Source of the DNA: Heteronotia binoei
Lineage: Eukaryota
Reading direction: 5' to 3'
DNA length: 64,000 bases
Assembly: GCF_032191835.1 (NCBI RefSeq)
Contig: NC_083227.1
Location: 248,001-312,000, forward strand
Shown: positions 1-12,536 of the stretch, one piece after another
Numbering within the stretch: the first letter of the stretch is position 1
How the letters are laid out: every line of letters begins with the position of its first letter
Notes under the pieces: model-generated
Databases searched by the model: none
Told to the model about the DNA's origin: nothing
The model's input: the letters and a program-made list of their open reading frames with translations, nothing else
Made by a program: the position numbers and the translations under genes

Positions 1-121
1 CCAAAGCAGAGAGTGTGGGTGCTGCCCTTCTGTGCCTTGCTGGTTCTCCTGCCCCCTCTCTGGGGCGAGGGGCAGTTTGGGTCCGGCCCTCCCAGAGGTC
101 TTCAGAACTCCTTCCGGCCAG

Positions 122-1125
122 GCCCCCCCCCCCCCGACTGGGAGGGCAGAAAGCTGGCTTCCGACATGCAGTGGAGTGGGGGGGTGGCTCTTGTGCCCAG
201 ATGCCCTGCAAACCCAGAGGCCGCCTTCCCTCCTCCCCTCATGAAGCCCCCCCCCCCGACTGGGAGGGCAGAAAGCTGGCTTCCGACATGCAGTGGAGTG
301 GGGGGGGGGGCTCTTGTGCCCAGATGCCCTGCAAACCCACAGGCCGCCTTCCCTCCTCCCCTCATGAAGCCCCCTCCCCCCGACTGGGAGGGCAGAAAGC
401 TGGCTTCCGACATGCAGTGGAGTGGGGGGGGGCTCTTGTGCCCAGATGCCCCGCAAACCCAGAAGCCGCCTTCCCTCCTCCCCTCATGAAGCCCCCCCCT
501 GCCACTGACTGGGAGGGCAGAAAGCTGGCTTCCGACATGCAGTGGAGTGGGGGGGGGCTCTTGTGCCCAGATGCCCTGCAAACCCAGAGGCCGCCTCCCC
601 TCATGAAGCCCTCCCCCCCGCCACTGACTGGGAGGGCAGAAAGCTGACTTCCGACATGCAGTGGAGTGGGGGGGGGGCTCTTGTGCCCAGATGCCCTGCA
701 AACCCACAGGCCGCCTCCCCTCCTCCCCTCATGAAGCCCCCCCCCCTGCCACTGACTGGGAGGGCAGAAAGCTGACTTCCGACATGCAGTGGAGTGGGGG
801 GGGGCTCTTGTGCCCAGATGCCCCGCAAACCCACAGGCCGCCTCCCCTCCTCCCCTCATGAAGCCCCCCCCTGCCACTGACTGGGAGGGCAGAAAGCTGA
901 CTTCCGACATGCAGTGGAGTGGGGGGGGGGCTCTTGTGCCCAGATGCCCTGCAAACCCACAGGCCGCCTTCCCTCCTCCCCTCATGAAGCCCCCCCCCGC
1001 CACTGACTGGGAGGGCAGAAAGCTGACTTCCGACATGCAGTGGAGTGGGGGGGGGGCTCTTGTGCCCAGATGCCCTGCAAACCCACAGGCCGCCTTCCCT
1101 CCTCCCCTCATGAAGCCCCCCCCCA
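122..1125. repeat. GC-rich minisatellite, about 8 copies of a 119-128 bp unit
   Basis: GACTGGGAGGGCAGAAAGCTG(G/A)CTTCCGACATGCAGTGGAGTG recurs at about 137, 258, 382, 507, 626, 755, 878 and 1005. Units differ mainly in G/C-run length. Confidence 0.95.
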
Positions 1126-1201
1126 GCATCAGCATCCAGACCCCTCATTCCCCCTGGGGGGAGGAAGCAGCGGCAGCCACGTCTCTACCACAAGCTTGCT
1201 C

Positions 1202-1207
1202 TTTATT
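1202..1207 (-). terminator. candidate polyadenylation signal (AATAAA) of PHF1
   Basis: TTTATT on plus, about 460 nt past the PHF1 stop and downstream of a U-rich 3'UTR-like stretch on minus (1380-1430). Confidence 0.55.
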
Positions 1208-1666
1208 CAGCCATGTGGGGGGGGGGCTTTGTACAGAGTCCTCTTTGCAGCGGCGGCAGCAGCAACGGCACACAGAAGCAGCGATGCGGGGGGGGGGAGG
1301 GGGGCAGGCAGGCAGCCCCTCCCTCTCCTCTCCCCAAGGAAGCAGTCCTCAGTCCTCCTCCATCTTCTTGGGGCCTCTGGAAATAAAACCTTTCCCCAAA
1401 AAACAGTAAAAAAATATGCCATAGTGCAAGTCTTTAGAGAGGCCGTCTCTTCTTCCGCTCCGCTCCGCCCTCGCTTGGCTGCGGCTGGCCCCTGGCCCAG
1501 AGGAGCCGCTCGGGCAGTCCGTGGCCTTCCAGTCCGGCAGGGTGGGCAGCGTCTGTCCGTGGGCCTGCTCCGTGGCTCTCTCTGCGCCGGGAGGAGGAGG
1601 AGGAGGAAGGTGGCCCTCTCCCCCGCGGGTGGGGGACCCCGGCCGTCAGTTCAGGCTCCCGTGGGG

Positions 1667-4600
1667 CTAGAACATGCCTCCCCCGTCCCACTCCACCAGG
1701 TACTGGACGGTGCCGTCAGGGGTGACGCGCCTGGCCAGGATCCGCACGGCCTCCCCGCGTGCCAGCCGGCCCACGGCTCCGAAGTAAGTGCTGGTGGAGG
1801 GGGGTGGAGGCGGGGGCGCAGAGGGTGGGGGTGGAGGCGGGGGGCTTGGGGGCGGGGGCCGAGAGGGGCAGGAAGGGGGCTGGAGGTTCGGGGCTGTCGT
1901 GGTGGTCTGTGGAGGCAGGAAGGTCGCAGGAGCTGAGGGAGGGTCTGCTGCTCGTGCTGTGGGAGGGGAGAGAAACGGAGAGAGTTAGCAGAGCTGCCCC
2001 ACGGCCCCTTTGGGCTTCCCCTGGCTCTGGGCTTTCCCCCAGGGGCGGGAGGGCAGTGGGCTTCATGTCTCATGTTGCCCCCACCCCTTTGGTTAAAAGC
2101 TGGGCCCTCCCCCCCCAACCCTCCGGCTGTTTCACAGCTCTCCCCATTGCTTGCTGTGTGTGTGTGTGTGCCTCAGAGCAGCCTCCCCCTCCCTCCTGCC
2201 ATATTGGGGGGTGGCCTCCTCACGGACTAGGGGACTGGCCAAGCACTTTTGCCTTTGCAATGCACCAAGGGGGGGCTGCCCTTTCACTCCCCCCAAGAAG
2301 AAGCACCCTGGACTGTGCGGCTCAAAGAAGCAGGTAGAAGAGACGCCCTTGGCTTAAGAAACCAAAAAGCTAATTGCCACAAGTATAAGAGGCAAACAAT
2401 AGCCATTCGAAACACACTATAAATATCAACTACACCAAAATACATGTATTCAGTACAAATTAGATAAAGATAGATACAGACCCCATAGAGCCAGTTTGGT
2501 GTAATGGTTAAGTGTGTGAACTCTTATCTGGGAGAACCAGGTTTGATTCCCCACTCCTCCACTTGCAGCTGCTGGAATGGCCTTGGGTCAGCCATGGTGG
2601 TTAAGTGTGCAGACTCTTATCTGGGAGGACCGGGTTTGATTCCCCACTCCACTTGCACCTGCTGGAATGGCCTTGCGTCAGCCATGGTGGTTAAATGTGC
2701 GGACTCTTATCTGGGAGGACCGGGTTTGATTCCCCACTCCTCCACTTGCACCTGCTAGCATGGCCTTGGGTCAGCCAGTGCTCTCTTATCTGGGAGAACC
2801 AGGTTTGATTCCCCACTCCTCCCCTTGCACCTGCTGGAATGGCCTTGGGTCAGCCATAGCTCTGGCAGAGGTTGTCCTTGAAAGGGCAGCTGCTGTGAGA
2901 GCCCTCTCCAGCCCCACCCACGTCACAGGGTGTCTGTTGTGGGGGAGGAAGGGAAAGGAGATTGTGAGCCGCTCTGAGACTCTGGAGTGGAGGGTGGGAT
3001 CAATATCTTCATCTACCTCACAGGGTGTCTGTTGTGGGGGGGAGAGGTAAAGGAGACTGTGAGCCGCTCTGAGACTCTTTGGAGTGGAGGGCGGGATATA
3101 AATCCAGTATCTTCATCTACCTCACAGGGTGTCTGTTGTGGGGGAGGAATGGAAAGGAGACTGTGAGCCGCTCTGAGACTCTTTGGAGTGGAGGGCAGGA
3201 TATAAATCCAGTATCTTCATCTACCTCACAGGGTGTCTGTTGTGGGGGAGGAAGGGAAAGGAGATTGTGAGCCGCTCTGAGACTCTGGAGTGGAGGGTGG
3301 GATCAATATCTTCATCTACCTCACAGGGTGCCTGTTGTGGGGGGGAGAGGTAAAGGAGACTGTGAGCCGCTCTGAGACTTTGGAGTGGAGGGCGGGATAT
3401 AAATACAGTATCTTCATCTACCTCACAGGGTGTCTGTTGTGGGGGAGGAAGGGAAAGGAGATTGTGAGCCGCTCTGAGACTCTTCGGAGTGGAGAGCAGG
3501 ATATAAATCCAATATCTTCTTCTTAGCTGTATACTGAATACTGAAAGTAGGAGCAATTTATTCTCAAGGGTCCCCTGTGCAAGAAGCACCAGTCATTTCC
3601 CCCTCTGGGGTGACGTTGCTTTCTCAACGTTTTCACAGCAGACTTTTGACGGGGTGGTTTGCCATTGCCTTCCCCAGTCGTCTGCCCTTTCCCCCCAGCA
3701 AGCTGGGGACTCCTTTGACCGACCTCGGAAGGATGGAAGGCTGAGTCAACCTTGGGCCGGCTACCTGAACCAGCTTCTGCTGGGGTCGAACTCCGATCGT
3801 GAGCAGAGAGTTCTGACTGTAGCTTTCCCACTCTGTGCCACGGGGCTCCTAATAGTAAAAATAGGACTGTACATTCCATATATAATTTGGAGCCAATTGG
3901 AAACAGCTCCAGATTAAATGTAGAAGATACTTTCCTTGGACTTTGAAAATGATGCCTCTTCCTTTTTTTCCCTGCTGTGCGTCACCGAGATTTCTTTGAA
4001 AAGTATTTTTAATTGACCCTGTTTGCAATATTCATTGCCCTCCCTGGAGCTAATGCGCAATACACTTCTGACCACAGAGGAACATCAAAGTGGCCAGAAC
4101 ACACATAAACACATAAGAGAATGGCCCATCCAGTCCAACACTCTGTGTCACAGAAGAACATAAGAGAAGCCATGTTGGATCAGGCCAGTGGCCCCTCCAG
4201 TCCAACACTCTGTGTCACAGAAGAACATAAGAGAAGCCATGTTGGATCAGGCCAGTGGCCCCTCCAGTCCAACACTCTGTGTCACAGAAGAACATAAGAA
4301 AAGCCCTGTTGGATCAGGCCAGTGGCCCCTCCAGTCCAACACTCTGTGTCACAGAAGAACATAAGAGAAGCCCTGTTGGATCAGGCCAATGGCCCATCCA
4401 GTCCAACACTCTGTGTCCCATAAGAACATAAGAGAAGCCCTGTTGGATCAGGCCAATGGCCCATCCAGTCTAACACTCTGTGTCACATAAGAACATAAGA
4501 GAAGCCATCTTGGATCAGGCCAATGGCCCATCCAGTCCAACACTCTGTGTCACACAAGAACATAAGAGAAGCCATGTTGGATCAGGCCAATGGCCCCTCC

Positions 4601-7600
4601 AGTCCAACACTCTGTGTCACATAAGAACATAAGAGAAGCCGTGTAGGATCAGGCCAATGGCCCATCCAGTCCAACACTCTGTGTCACATACGAACATAAG
4701 AGAAGCCCTGTTGGATCAGGTCAATGGCCCCTCCAGTCCAACACTCTGTGTCACATAAGAACATAAGAGAAGCCGTGTAGGATCAGGCCAATGGCCCCTC
4801 CATTCCAACACTCTGTGTCACATAAGAACATAAGAGAAGCCGTGTAGGATCAGGCCAATGGCCCATCCAGTCCAACACTCTGTGTCACATACGAACATAA
4901 GAGAAGCCCTGTTGGATCAGGTCAATGGCCCCTCCAGTCCAACACTCTGTGTCACATAAGAACATAAGAGAAGCCGTGTAGGATCAGGCCAATGGCCCCT
5001 CCAGTCCAACACTCTGTGTCACATAAGAACATAAGAGAAGCTACGTTGGATCAGGCCAATGGCCCATCCAGTCCTACACTCTGTGTCACACAGTGGCCAA
5101 AAAAATTTATATATATATGCATACACACACACACACTGTGGCTAATAGCCACTGATGGACCTCTGCTCCATCTTTTTATCCAATCCCCTCTTGAAGCTGG
5201 CTATGCTTGTGGCCGCCACCACCTCCCGTGGCAGTGAATTCCACATGTTAATCACCCTTTGGGTGAAGAAGTACTTCCTTTTATCCGTTTTAACCTGTGT
5301 GCTCAGCAATTTCACATAACAACATAAGAGAAGCTACGTTGGATCAGGCCAATGGCCCATCCAGTCCAACACTGTGTCACACAGTGGCCAAAACCCAGGG
5401 GCCATCAGGAGATCCATCAGTGGGGCTAAAAGTCCTCCCACTGTGCCCCCCCCCCCCAAGCACCAAGAATATAGAGCATCCCTGCCCCAATATTCTGGGT
5501 CACACGTGTTCTCTGCTTGATACCTAGGTATGATTTTGTAATGTTTTGAGGCTACTATTGGGCCTATATCTGTTTTTTTTAATCTGTAATAAATGCATGT
5601 GTTTTCATATATTCGGAATCATAGAACAGAATTGGAAGAGACCTCCACAGCCATCTAGTGCAACCCGCAGAACAAGGCAGGAAACTCACAAAGACCTCTC
5701 TTTACACATCCCCGGTGACTCCTGCAGCTCCATCCCCAGATCCCTCCAGGATCCAAATTGGCCTGGAGAAAAATTGCTTCTTGACCCCAAAGTGGTGAAC
5801 TGCAGTTCCCTGGGGACCTCAGGAAGGGCTACAAGAGAGAAGCCCCGATGCAGCCCTTCCTGCCCGCCCTCTCATGGTCTGCCTAAGTTCACAGGATCCT
5901 CATTGCTGTCAGGTGGCCATCAGCCTCTGTTGAAAGGAAGGAGAGGCCACCACCTCCCGAGGAGGAAGCCTGTTCCACTGAGGAACCCCTCTAACGGTCA
6001 GGAAGTTCTTCCTAATGTTGAGCCAGAAAACATTTCCACACCATCCTCTATATGACAGCCCTTCAAGTACTTGAAGATGGTGATCCTATCACCTCTCAGC
6101 CGCCTCCTCTCCAGGCTAAACATCCCCAGCTCCTTCAGCCTTTCCTCAGAGGACTTGGTCTCCAGACCCCTCACCATCTTCGTCGCCCTGCTCTGGACCC
6201 CTTCCAGCTTGTCTAGATCCTGCTTAAAATGTGGTGCCCAAAACTGAACACAAGACTTTAGGTGAGGTCTTACCAGAGCAGAGTAAAGCAATACCAACAC
6301 TATACTTCTGTTGATACAGCCCAAAATTGCATTTGCCTTTTTAGCCACTGCATCACACTGTTGACTCTTGTTCAGTGTATGATCCACTAAGACCCCTAGA
6401 TCTTTTTCGCACATATTACTGCCAAGACAAGTCTCCCCCATCCTATAACCATGCATTGGATTCTTCCTACCTAAATGCAGAACTTTACATTTATCCCTGT
6501 TAAAATTCATTTTATTGATTTTAGCCCAGTTTTTCAGCCTGTCAAGGTCATCCTGGATCCTGTTTATGTCTCCTATTGTATTTGCAACCCCTCCCAATTT
6601 AGTCTCATCTGCAAATTTAATAAGAATTCCCTCTATTCCTTCATCCAAATCATTGATAAAGATGTTGAACAAGGCAGGTCCCAGGACAGATCCCTGAGGC
6701 ACTCCACTTCTCACTCCTCTCTAATGTTTGAAAACAATTCTGTTATATGTTTCTGATATTATTTGGCCCTTATATTTGTGGTCATTAACCTTTGGGTTTC
6801 TTAATTCAACTTTTTTGGGTTAAGAAGAAGAGTGCAGATTTATACCCCGCCCTTCTCTCTGATTAAAGTCTCAGAGCGGCTTTATCTCCGTTCCCCAACG
6901 ACACCCTGTGAGGTGGGTGGGGCTGAGAAAGCTTTTACAGCAGCTGCGCTTTCAAGGACAACCTCTGCCAGAGCTCTAGCTGACCCAAGGCCATTCCAGC
7001 AGCTGCAAGTGGAGGAGTGGGGAATCAAGCCCGGTTCTCCCAGATAAGAGAGTTCTGGCTGACCCAAGGCCATCCCAGCAGCTGCCGGTGGAGGAGTGGG
7101 GAATTAAACCCGGTTCTCCCAGATAAGAGAGCTCTGGCTGACCCAAGGCCATTCCAGCAGCTGCAAAGGGAGGAGTGGGGAATCAAACCCGGTTCTCCCA
7201 GATAAGAGAGCTCTGGCTGACTCAAGGCCATTCCAGCAGCTGCCAGTGGAGGAGTGGGGAATCCAACCCGATTCTCCCAGATAAGAGAGCTCTGGCTGAT
7301 CCAAGGCCATTCCAGTAGCTGCCAGTGGAGGAGTGGGGAATCAAACCCGGTTCTCCCAGATAAGAGAGCTCTGGCTGACCCAAGGCCATCCCAGCAGCTG
7401 CCAGTGGAGGAGTAGGGAATCAAACCCGGTTCTCCCAGATAAGAGAGCTTTGGCTGACCCATGGCTATCCCAGCAGGTGCAGGTGGAGGAGTGGGGAATC
7501 AAACCCGGTTCTCCCAGATAAGAGAGCTCTGGCTGACTCAAGGCCATTCCAGCAGCTGCAAGTGGAAGAGTGGGGAATCAAACCCGGTTCTCCCAGATAA

Positions 7601-10600
7601 GAGAGCTCTGGCTGACCCAAGGCCATTCCAGCAGCTCCAAGTGGAGGAGTGGGGAATCGAACCTGGTTCTCCCAGATAAGAGAGCTCTGGCTGACCCAAA
7701 GCCATTCCAGCAGGTGCAAGTGGAGGAGTGCGGAATCAAACCCGGTTCTCCCAGATAAGAGAGCTCTGGCTGACCCAAGGCCATTCCAGCAGCTGCAAGT
7801 AGAGGAGTGGGGAATCGAACCTGGTTCTCCCAGATAAGAGAGCTCTGGCTGACCCAAGCCAAACTGGCTCTCAGTTTTCAATCCCCTCTTTTTGCTCCCA
7901 GAGAGGAGCTCAACCGGCCTTTTATCGGGGGTGCCGCTTTTACTCAAAGCTGCTGTAGCCATTCTCAGCCATTCCCATTTGGAGGTGCCCGTGGGGGAGG
8001 GGCTAGATCCTCTTGGGACCCCAGTGCTCTCCACCCCCCCCCCGCTTGGCTCCAAAGAGGGCAGGTGGGCCCGGCCAGGCTTCCGTGGCCCCCCAGGCAG
8101 AAGAGCCCTCACCTCAAGGTCCCTGCGGTGTTGGCTGAGGGATGGAAGGAGGCGAACATCCGGATCGGAGCGCTGCAAGGAGAGAGGCAGACCGTCAGGA
8201 CGGTGGCGTGGGGCGAGGCCGCGGCCCCCAACGGGCTACTCCTCACCTGTCCTGGCAGCGGGCATCAGTGCGGCGGAAGTTGTAAGTTCCGGAGGTGCCG
8301 CCGAAGCCACTGTACGTCTGGTTAGCGCTGACTGGGTTCTGCACCACCTCCTGCCACAGAGAGGACCCCGTCAGCCGGTCCCCGGGGGCCTGCCCCACCC
8401 CCCCCTCCCCGCCCCCCTTACCTGCGTGAGGGCTCTCTGCAGCCGCTCCCTCTCCGTGGTGCTGCGCAAGGCCACGCTTGGGGGTGGCTCCCCCTGCTGG
8501 CGGAGGAGGCGACGACGCTGTCTGGCCCTCCTGCGCTCCGGCCCCTTCCCACACCTGCCCTGTCCTGAAAGGAAGCTGTAAGAGACCCTCCTTATCTGCA
8601 CAGCACGGGGGAGGGGGGGAGCTCCGGGAGGGGGCGTGTTGGGGGCGCACCCCCACTGCCCCCTCCGTGGCCCTGGGGCGGGAGAGAAGGGGTGTATTCA
8701 CCTGCTGCTGGAGATGAGGGGGGGGGGCGGGGGGCGGGATCCTCAGGTGCAGCCCGAAGAAGGCCTTTGCGCTTCTTGATCTCCTTCCCGGAGATGAACC
8801 TGCAGGAGGAGGGAGAATCTCACCCCAAGTCCCTTCAGAGCTTCCACAGGTGGCAGGGGAGCCGGGCTTACCTGTCCTTGTGCGTGGTGAGGGGCATTCA
8901 GCAGCTGGCTATACCGCTCCCCCTTGGGCGTGTCAGAGAGCTGCAGGGGAAACCGAGAGTCAGGAGTCCCGCCCAGTCTCTGGCCGAAGGGGGCTGCCCC
9001 CAGCCCCAGGGGCCCTCCCAGCTGTGTGTGTGTGTGGGGGGACCCCGCAGCCCCTCACCTCTCCCAGCAGCAGGCTGTCCCAGTTCTCACTGGCGAAGGG
9101 CAGGATTTCCCGCTCAAAGTCAAAGTACTTCTTCTTGCAGCAGATGCTGAGGTGGTAGAGGATGAGGTGCGCCACGTCCACCCTGCGGAGAGAAGGAGGC
9201 ACCCCTGCCCTGGGTGAGCGGAAGAGCGGCCCTCCTTGCCCGCCCGCCCCCTTTGCCGGCCCCTGGGCGAACTCCAAGGTCTGTCCGCAGGGCCTTGGTT
9301 CTGGGGGCCCCGTGGCAGAGCAGAATGTGGAGCCAGGAACGTTTGCTGCCCCAGCTGTGCCTTGTTCCTATCGACCGGGAAGGCACATGCCCGTTTGTCT
9401 GAGGGAGCTGCATCGAACAAAATGCACACAGGCTGGGGGAAGGGGCGGGGGGGGGGGGGTGGAGAGAGGAGGGGGTGTTCGAATCTCTGCCCACGCAATA
9501 GAAATCCCCTGTCAGGCCGTGGACACGCTGAGCAGCAGCCCGCTTAGCATGGCTTCTCCAGCCGGCTCAACGCTAGAACTGACCTGGGGGGGGCAGGGGA
9601 GTGGGCCAGGTGCCGATTGCTCCACAGCAGCCCCCCCCACGAGATTCTGCGAAGGGGCTGCCCCCACTCCCCAGAGAAAAGTTTTGCTGAAGCTTCTAGT
9701 GCAGAAAGGAGCTCTGCTGGAGGAAGGCGATAAAGAAGGGGGCAGGTCTGGCTCTTCCCCGCATGGGGCTTTGTTCTCCCGGCCCCCAAGGAAATGATGA
9801 TGGCCACTGGGGGGGGGCGGGGCAGGCAGAAATTTTTCTCCAGGCCTCTTTGCCCAGGGACCGCGGGGGTGTTTTGGCCCCTCCTGGCTCACGGGGTGTC
9901 TGCGTGGGGGGGGGGGGGGAGGTCTTTGTGAGTTTCCTGCATTGTGCAGAGGGTTGGACTCTGGGAGCCCCTTTCAACTGTTCCGATTCTGGCTCCCCCC
10001 CCAACAGGCCTCTGGAAGGGCTTCACCTGCCAGCTCCCATTCCTGGACGCAGGTGGGGGCTTCCAAAAGCAAGCCAGACACCAGGCAGATGGCAACAGGC
10101 CTTTCCCGCACGGAGTCCTGGGGGCCCCCTATGTCCATCAGCCTGAGGCCACCTTCGGCGGTGGTGACGTCGGGATCTGCCCTTTGTCAGGGCCTTTTCC
10201 CTGGTGGCTCCCGCCTGGTGCCACAGCTATGCTGAGATGCTGAGAAAAGCTCTCCTTCCCTCCCTCCGTGGTATGAGCCTTTCTGTGGCAGCCCAAGGCT
10301 GAGTTAATGAGAAGACCATAATCCTTAACTGGTCTGGGAGCCTTTCTAGGTATTTGGTGCCTGGTTTTTAGTTCTAGCCGTTATCATGTTGCAATTGTTT
10401 TCATCTATAATCTTGGTTAATATGTTGTACCCTGCCCTGGCCTGTGGGGCAGAGAAGGCAGAGGAGAGATGGGAGAAGAGACCGACCCCAAAGGTCAGGA
10501 GGGAGTGAAAGCAGCACCGGCCATGGGAACATTCTCCCCCCCCCCAAAAAAAACCCCCGGAACTGCATCAGAGGCCATCCTCCAAAGCAGTCCGGATCGG

Positions 10601-12536
10601 ACTCCTTGCTCTGAAGTCTGCACTGCCCCCCCCCCGGCTCCTCTCAAGGGGAAAGTGCGTGGTCTCCCCTCCCCCTCCGCAGGGGGCACCCCCAAGTCTG
10701 GCCCCCTACTCACCATCTCAGCGGGAGGCGGCGGACGGTCTCTGGGCCCCCCGTGCACACGCAGCACTCGAAGACGTAGAACCTGCCAGGGGAGCCAGTG
10801 TCACCCCCACGGGCAGAGCTGCACCCCTTCTGCCCCCCTCCCCAGCGCCCCCAGCGGAGCCTCACCTGTCCCCATAGAGGAGGGGCTTGCTAAGGCACTG
10901 GGTGCAGGCCTCGTGGAACCACTGGGCACACTCCCGGCACTGCAGCATCTTCAGGTTCCACCTGGGCAGCGAGGGAGAGAGGCAGCGGCTGGCCCTTGCT
11001 CGGATGTGCCCCCCCTCCACCCAGCGCTTGCGTCCCGCCACCCCGGCACCCAGGACTCCCGAGTGCCAGCTGATGCCAGGCGGTCCGAGCCGTTCCTGGC
11101 ACGGGGGGAACCCCGCCCCCCAGCGAGACTCACTCTCCGGGGCCCCCGCAGTAGCAGTAGCACTGCTGCCGGTTGGTGAGGTGGTCGGCATCCCACTCCA
11201 GGGCCTTCAGCTGGTAGGGCAGCACCAGCTTCATGCCCAGCATGGCTTTGGCGTAGGGCCCTTTCTTGAGGGCGCCTCCCCTCTGCGGAGAGACAGAGAG
11301 AGACGGGCTCAGGCTGGCAGCTGCCGGGAGGAGGCGGAACTGGGAAGGGTCCTTCCAGGACAGACAAGATCCTGGCTGCCACCTCCCCTTTGCATCCTGG
11401 GTGCCAGCTAGGCAGTGCAATGCAAAAGACTACAGCAGGCTCTCACCAGCGCCCTGATTGGCTTGTGTAGGGAACAGAAGAGAGAAACAAGGGCAGGTGT
11501 TTTCCATGCCCGCATCTGGGAAAACCCCACCCCCCCCAAGCCCTCTGCCCAGTCCCCCCTGTAATGGACTGGAGGCCCAGGTGTCTGCCCCCCCCCCCCC
11601 CGCAAGGTGCCTACCTTGGTGGCCACAGCGAAGACACACTGCCGGCACATCCAGGGGCCATCCCCGAGCACTCTGGGAAGGTGGCATTCCTGGTGGTAGG
11701 CTGGGGAGGTGGGGAGAGAGGGCACGGGAATCAAGGGGGAAGCAAGAACTGTGTGTGTGTGGGGGGGGGGGGTAGGGATGCCAGCCTCCAGGTGGGACCA
11801 GGGGACCCCCCCACCCCCCCCCAATTACAGGCTGAAGAGGCTCAGTTCCGCTGGGCAAATGGCTGCTTGGGGGAGCCCCAAATCTCCCAGCCTGGCTCTG
11901 GCAACTGCTGGGTGTGGGGGGCGGGCACTCACTCACCGTGGCTGCACTTTTCGCACCTCACCAGGCGGTTCTCCTCAGGGCTCAGGTCCTCCAGGTGGCA
12001 AACGCAGCAAGTCCCCTCCTCCCCGGGCAGTGCAGCTGCAAGAGGGCATGGAGCTGAGGACGGGGCCTCCACAGGCAAGACCCTGCCTCCCCCCCCACTT
12101 GCTGCCCTGGAAGCCTGGGAGGGGGGCGTGGCCCGAGGGGCTGGGGGGGGGGGGCGGGAGCAGGGACTGACCGGGGCTGATGTCCTTCCAGAGCACCAGG
12201 AACTGCGAGTCGTCCTCGAACTGCACCAGGCACACCTGCCGCAGGGGGTCCACCTGTGGGGGGGGGGGGAGGAAGGAGAGGGAGTGAGCGGCAGGGGGGG
12301 GGTCCAGCCCGGCCAGGGGTCTCTCCCCCCCCCCCTCCAGGCAGCCGCCTGCCTGCCTACCTTCTTGACGGTGCCCAGGTAGAGGAGGCCGTCGGTCCAG
12401 CGCGCCAGGACATCCTGGCCCTCCCAGAAGCGGGGCCAGCAGGCGGGGGGCGGCGGGGGGGCCGCTGGGGGCCGGGCGAGGGGGCGGGGCGCTTCCAGGG
12501 GCGGGAGCTCAGGCGGGTGGGGGGCTCGCTCGCCAT
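1667..12536 (-). CDS. PHF1: PHD finger protein 1 (Polycomb-like 1, PRC2 accessory): Tudor, PHD1, PHD2, winged-helix and C-terminal chromo-like domains; 13 coding exons, at least 4 apparent 1-bp frameshifts
   Basis: GT-AG exons on minus: 12536-12361 ([24 protein letters not shown]), 12253-12172 ([21 protein letters not shown]), 12035-11937, 11700-11615, 11282-11134 ([19 protein letters not shown]), 10961-10866 ([23 protein letters not shown]), 10782-10714, 9182-9059 ([29 protein letters not shown]), 8940-8872, 8799-8702, 8575-8422, 8350-8247, 8172-8113 ([13 protein letters not shown]), 1956-1667 ([23 protein letters not shown]). That list is 14 segments if the ATG exon is counted separately from downstream ones; the order and motifs match recalled human PHF1. 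Confidence 0.95.
2488..3524 (+). mobile_element. tRNA-derived squamate SINE (Squam3-like) with internally multiplied 5' and 3' modules
   Basis: Head GAGCCAGTTTGGTGTAATGGTT (A box), GGTTTGATTCC (B box), body CCTCACAGGGTGTCTGTTGTGGG and (TTC)n-like tail. The 5' module repeats about 4 times and the 3' module 6 times. Confidence 0.85.
3566..3848 (-). mobile_element. Sauria SINE (Squam1-like)
   Basis: The reverse complement starts GAGCCCCGTGGCACAGAGTGG and contains GGCAATGGCAAACCACCCCG. It matches copies at 42417, 44299 and 53228. Confidence 0.8.
4104..5490 (-). mobile_element. CR1 LINE 3' end with its terminal 67-bp module tandemly amplified about 15 times (4104-5095)
   Basis: Unit ACATAAGAACATAAGAGAAGCC...CCAACACTCTGTGTC with 67-bp spacing, followed by CR1 3'UTR and ORF2-end sequence (5096-5310). 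Confidence 0.9.
5617..6720 (-). mobile_element. 5'-truncated CR1 LINE (second family) with a reverse transcriptase C-terminal fragment
   Basis: ORF 5998..6714 reads [23 protein letters not shown]...[10 protein letters not shown]...VQFWAPHFK...LERRRLRGD, typical of CR1 ORF2. The catalytic FADD is changed to FADE. The tail lies near 5617. Confidence 0.92.
6823..7872 (-). repeat. Squam3-like SINE carrying about 11 tandem copies of a 79-bp B-box module
   Basis: ATAAGAGAGCTCTGGCTGAC recurs every 79 bp from about 7044 to 7834. The SINE tail is at 6823 and the head (CCAAACTGGCTCTC) at 7859-7872. Confidence 0.92.

Noticed and set aside
1-1400. CUTA coding exons expected by synteny
   Set aside because: No CUTA-like peptide was seen in any frame; the region is minisatellite and UTR-like.
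5998-6714. Functional reverse transcriptase gene
   Set aside because: 5'-truncated CR1 fragment with the catalytic FADD changed to FADE and an internal deletion.
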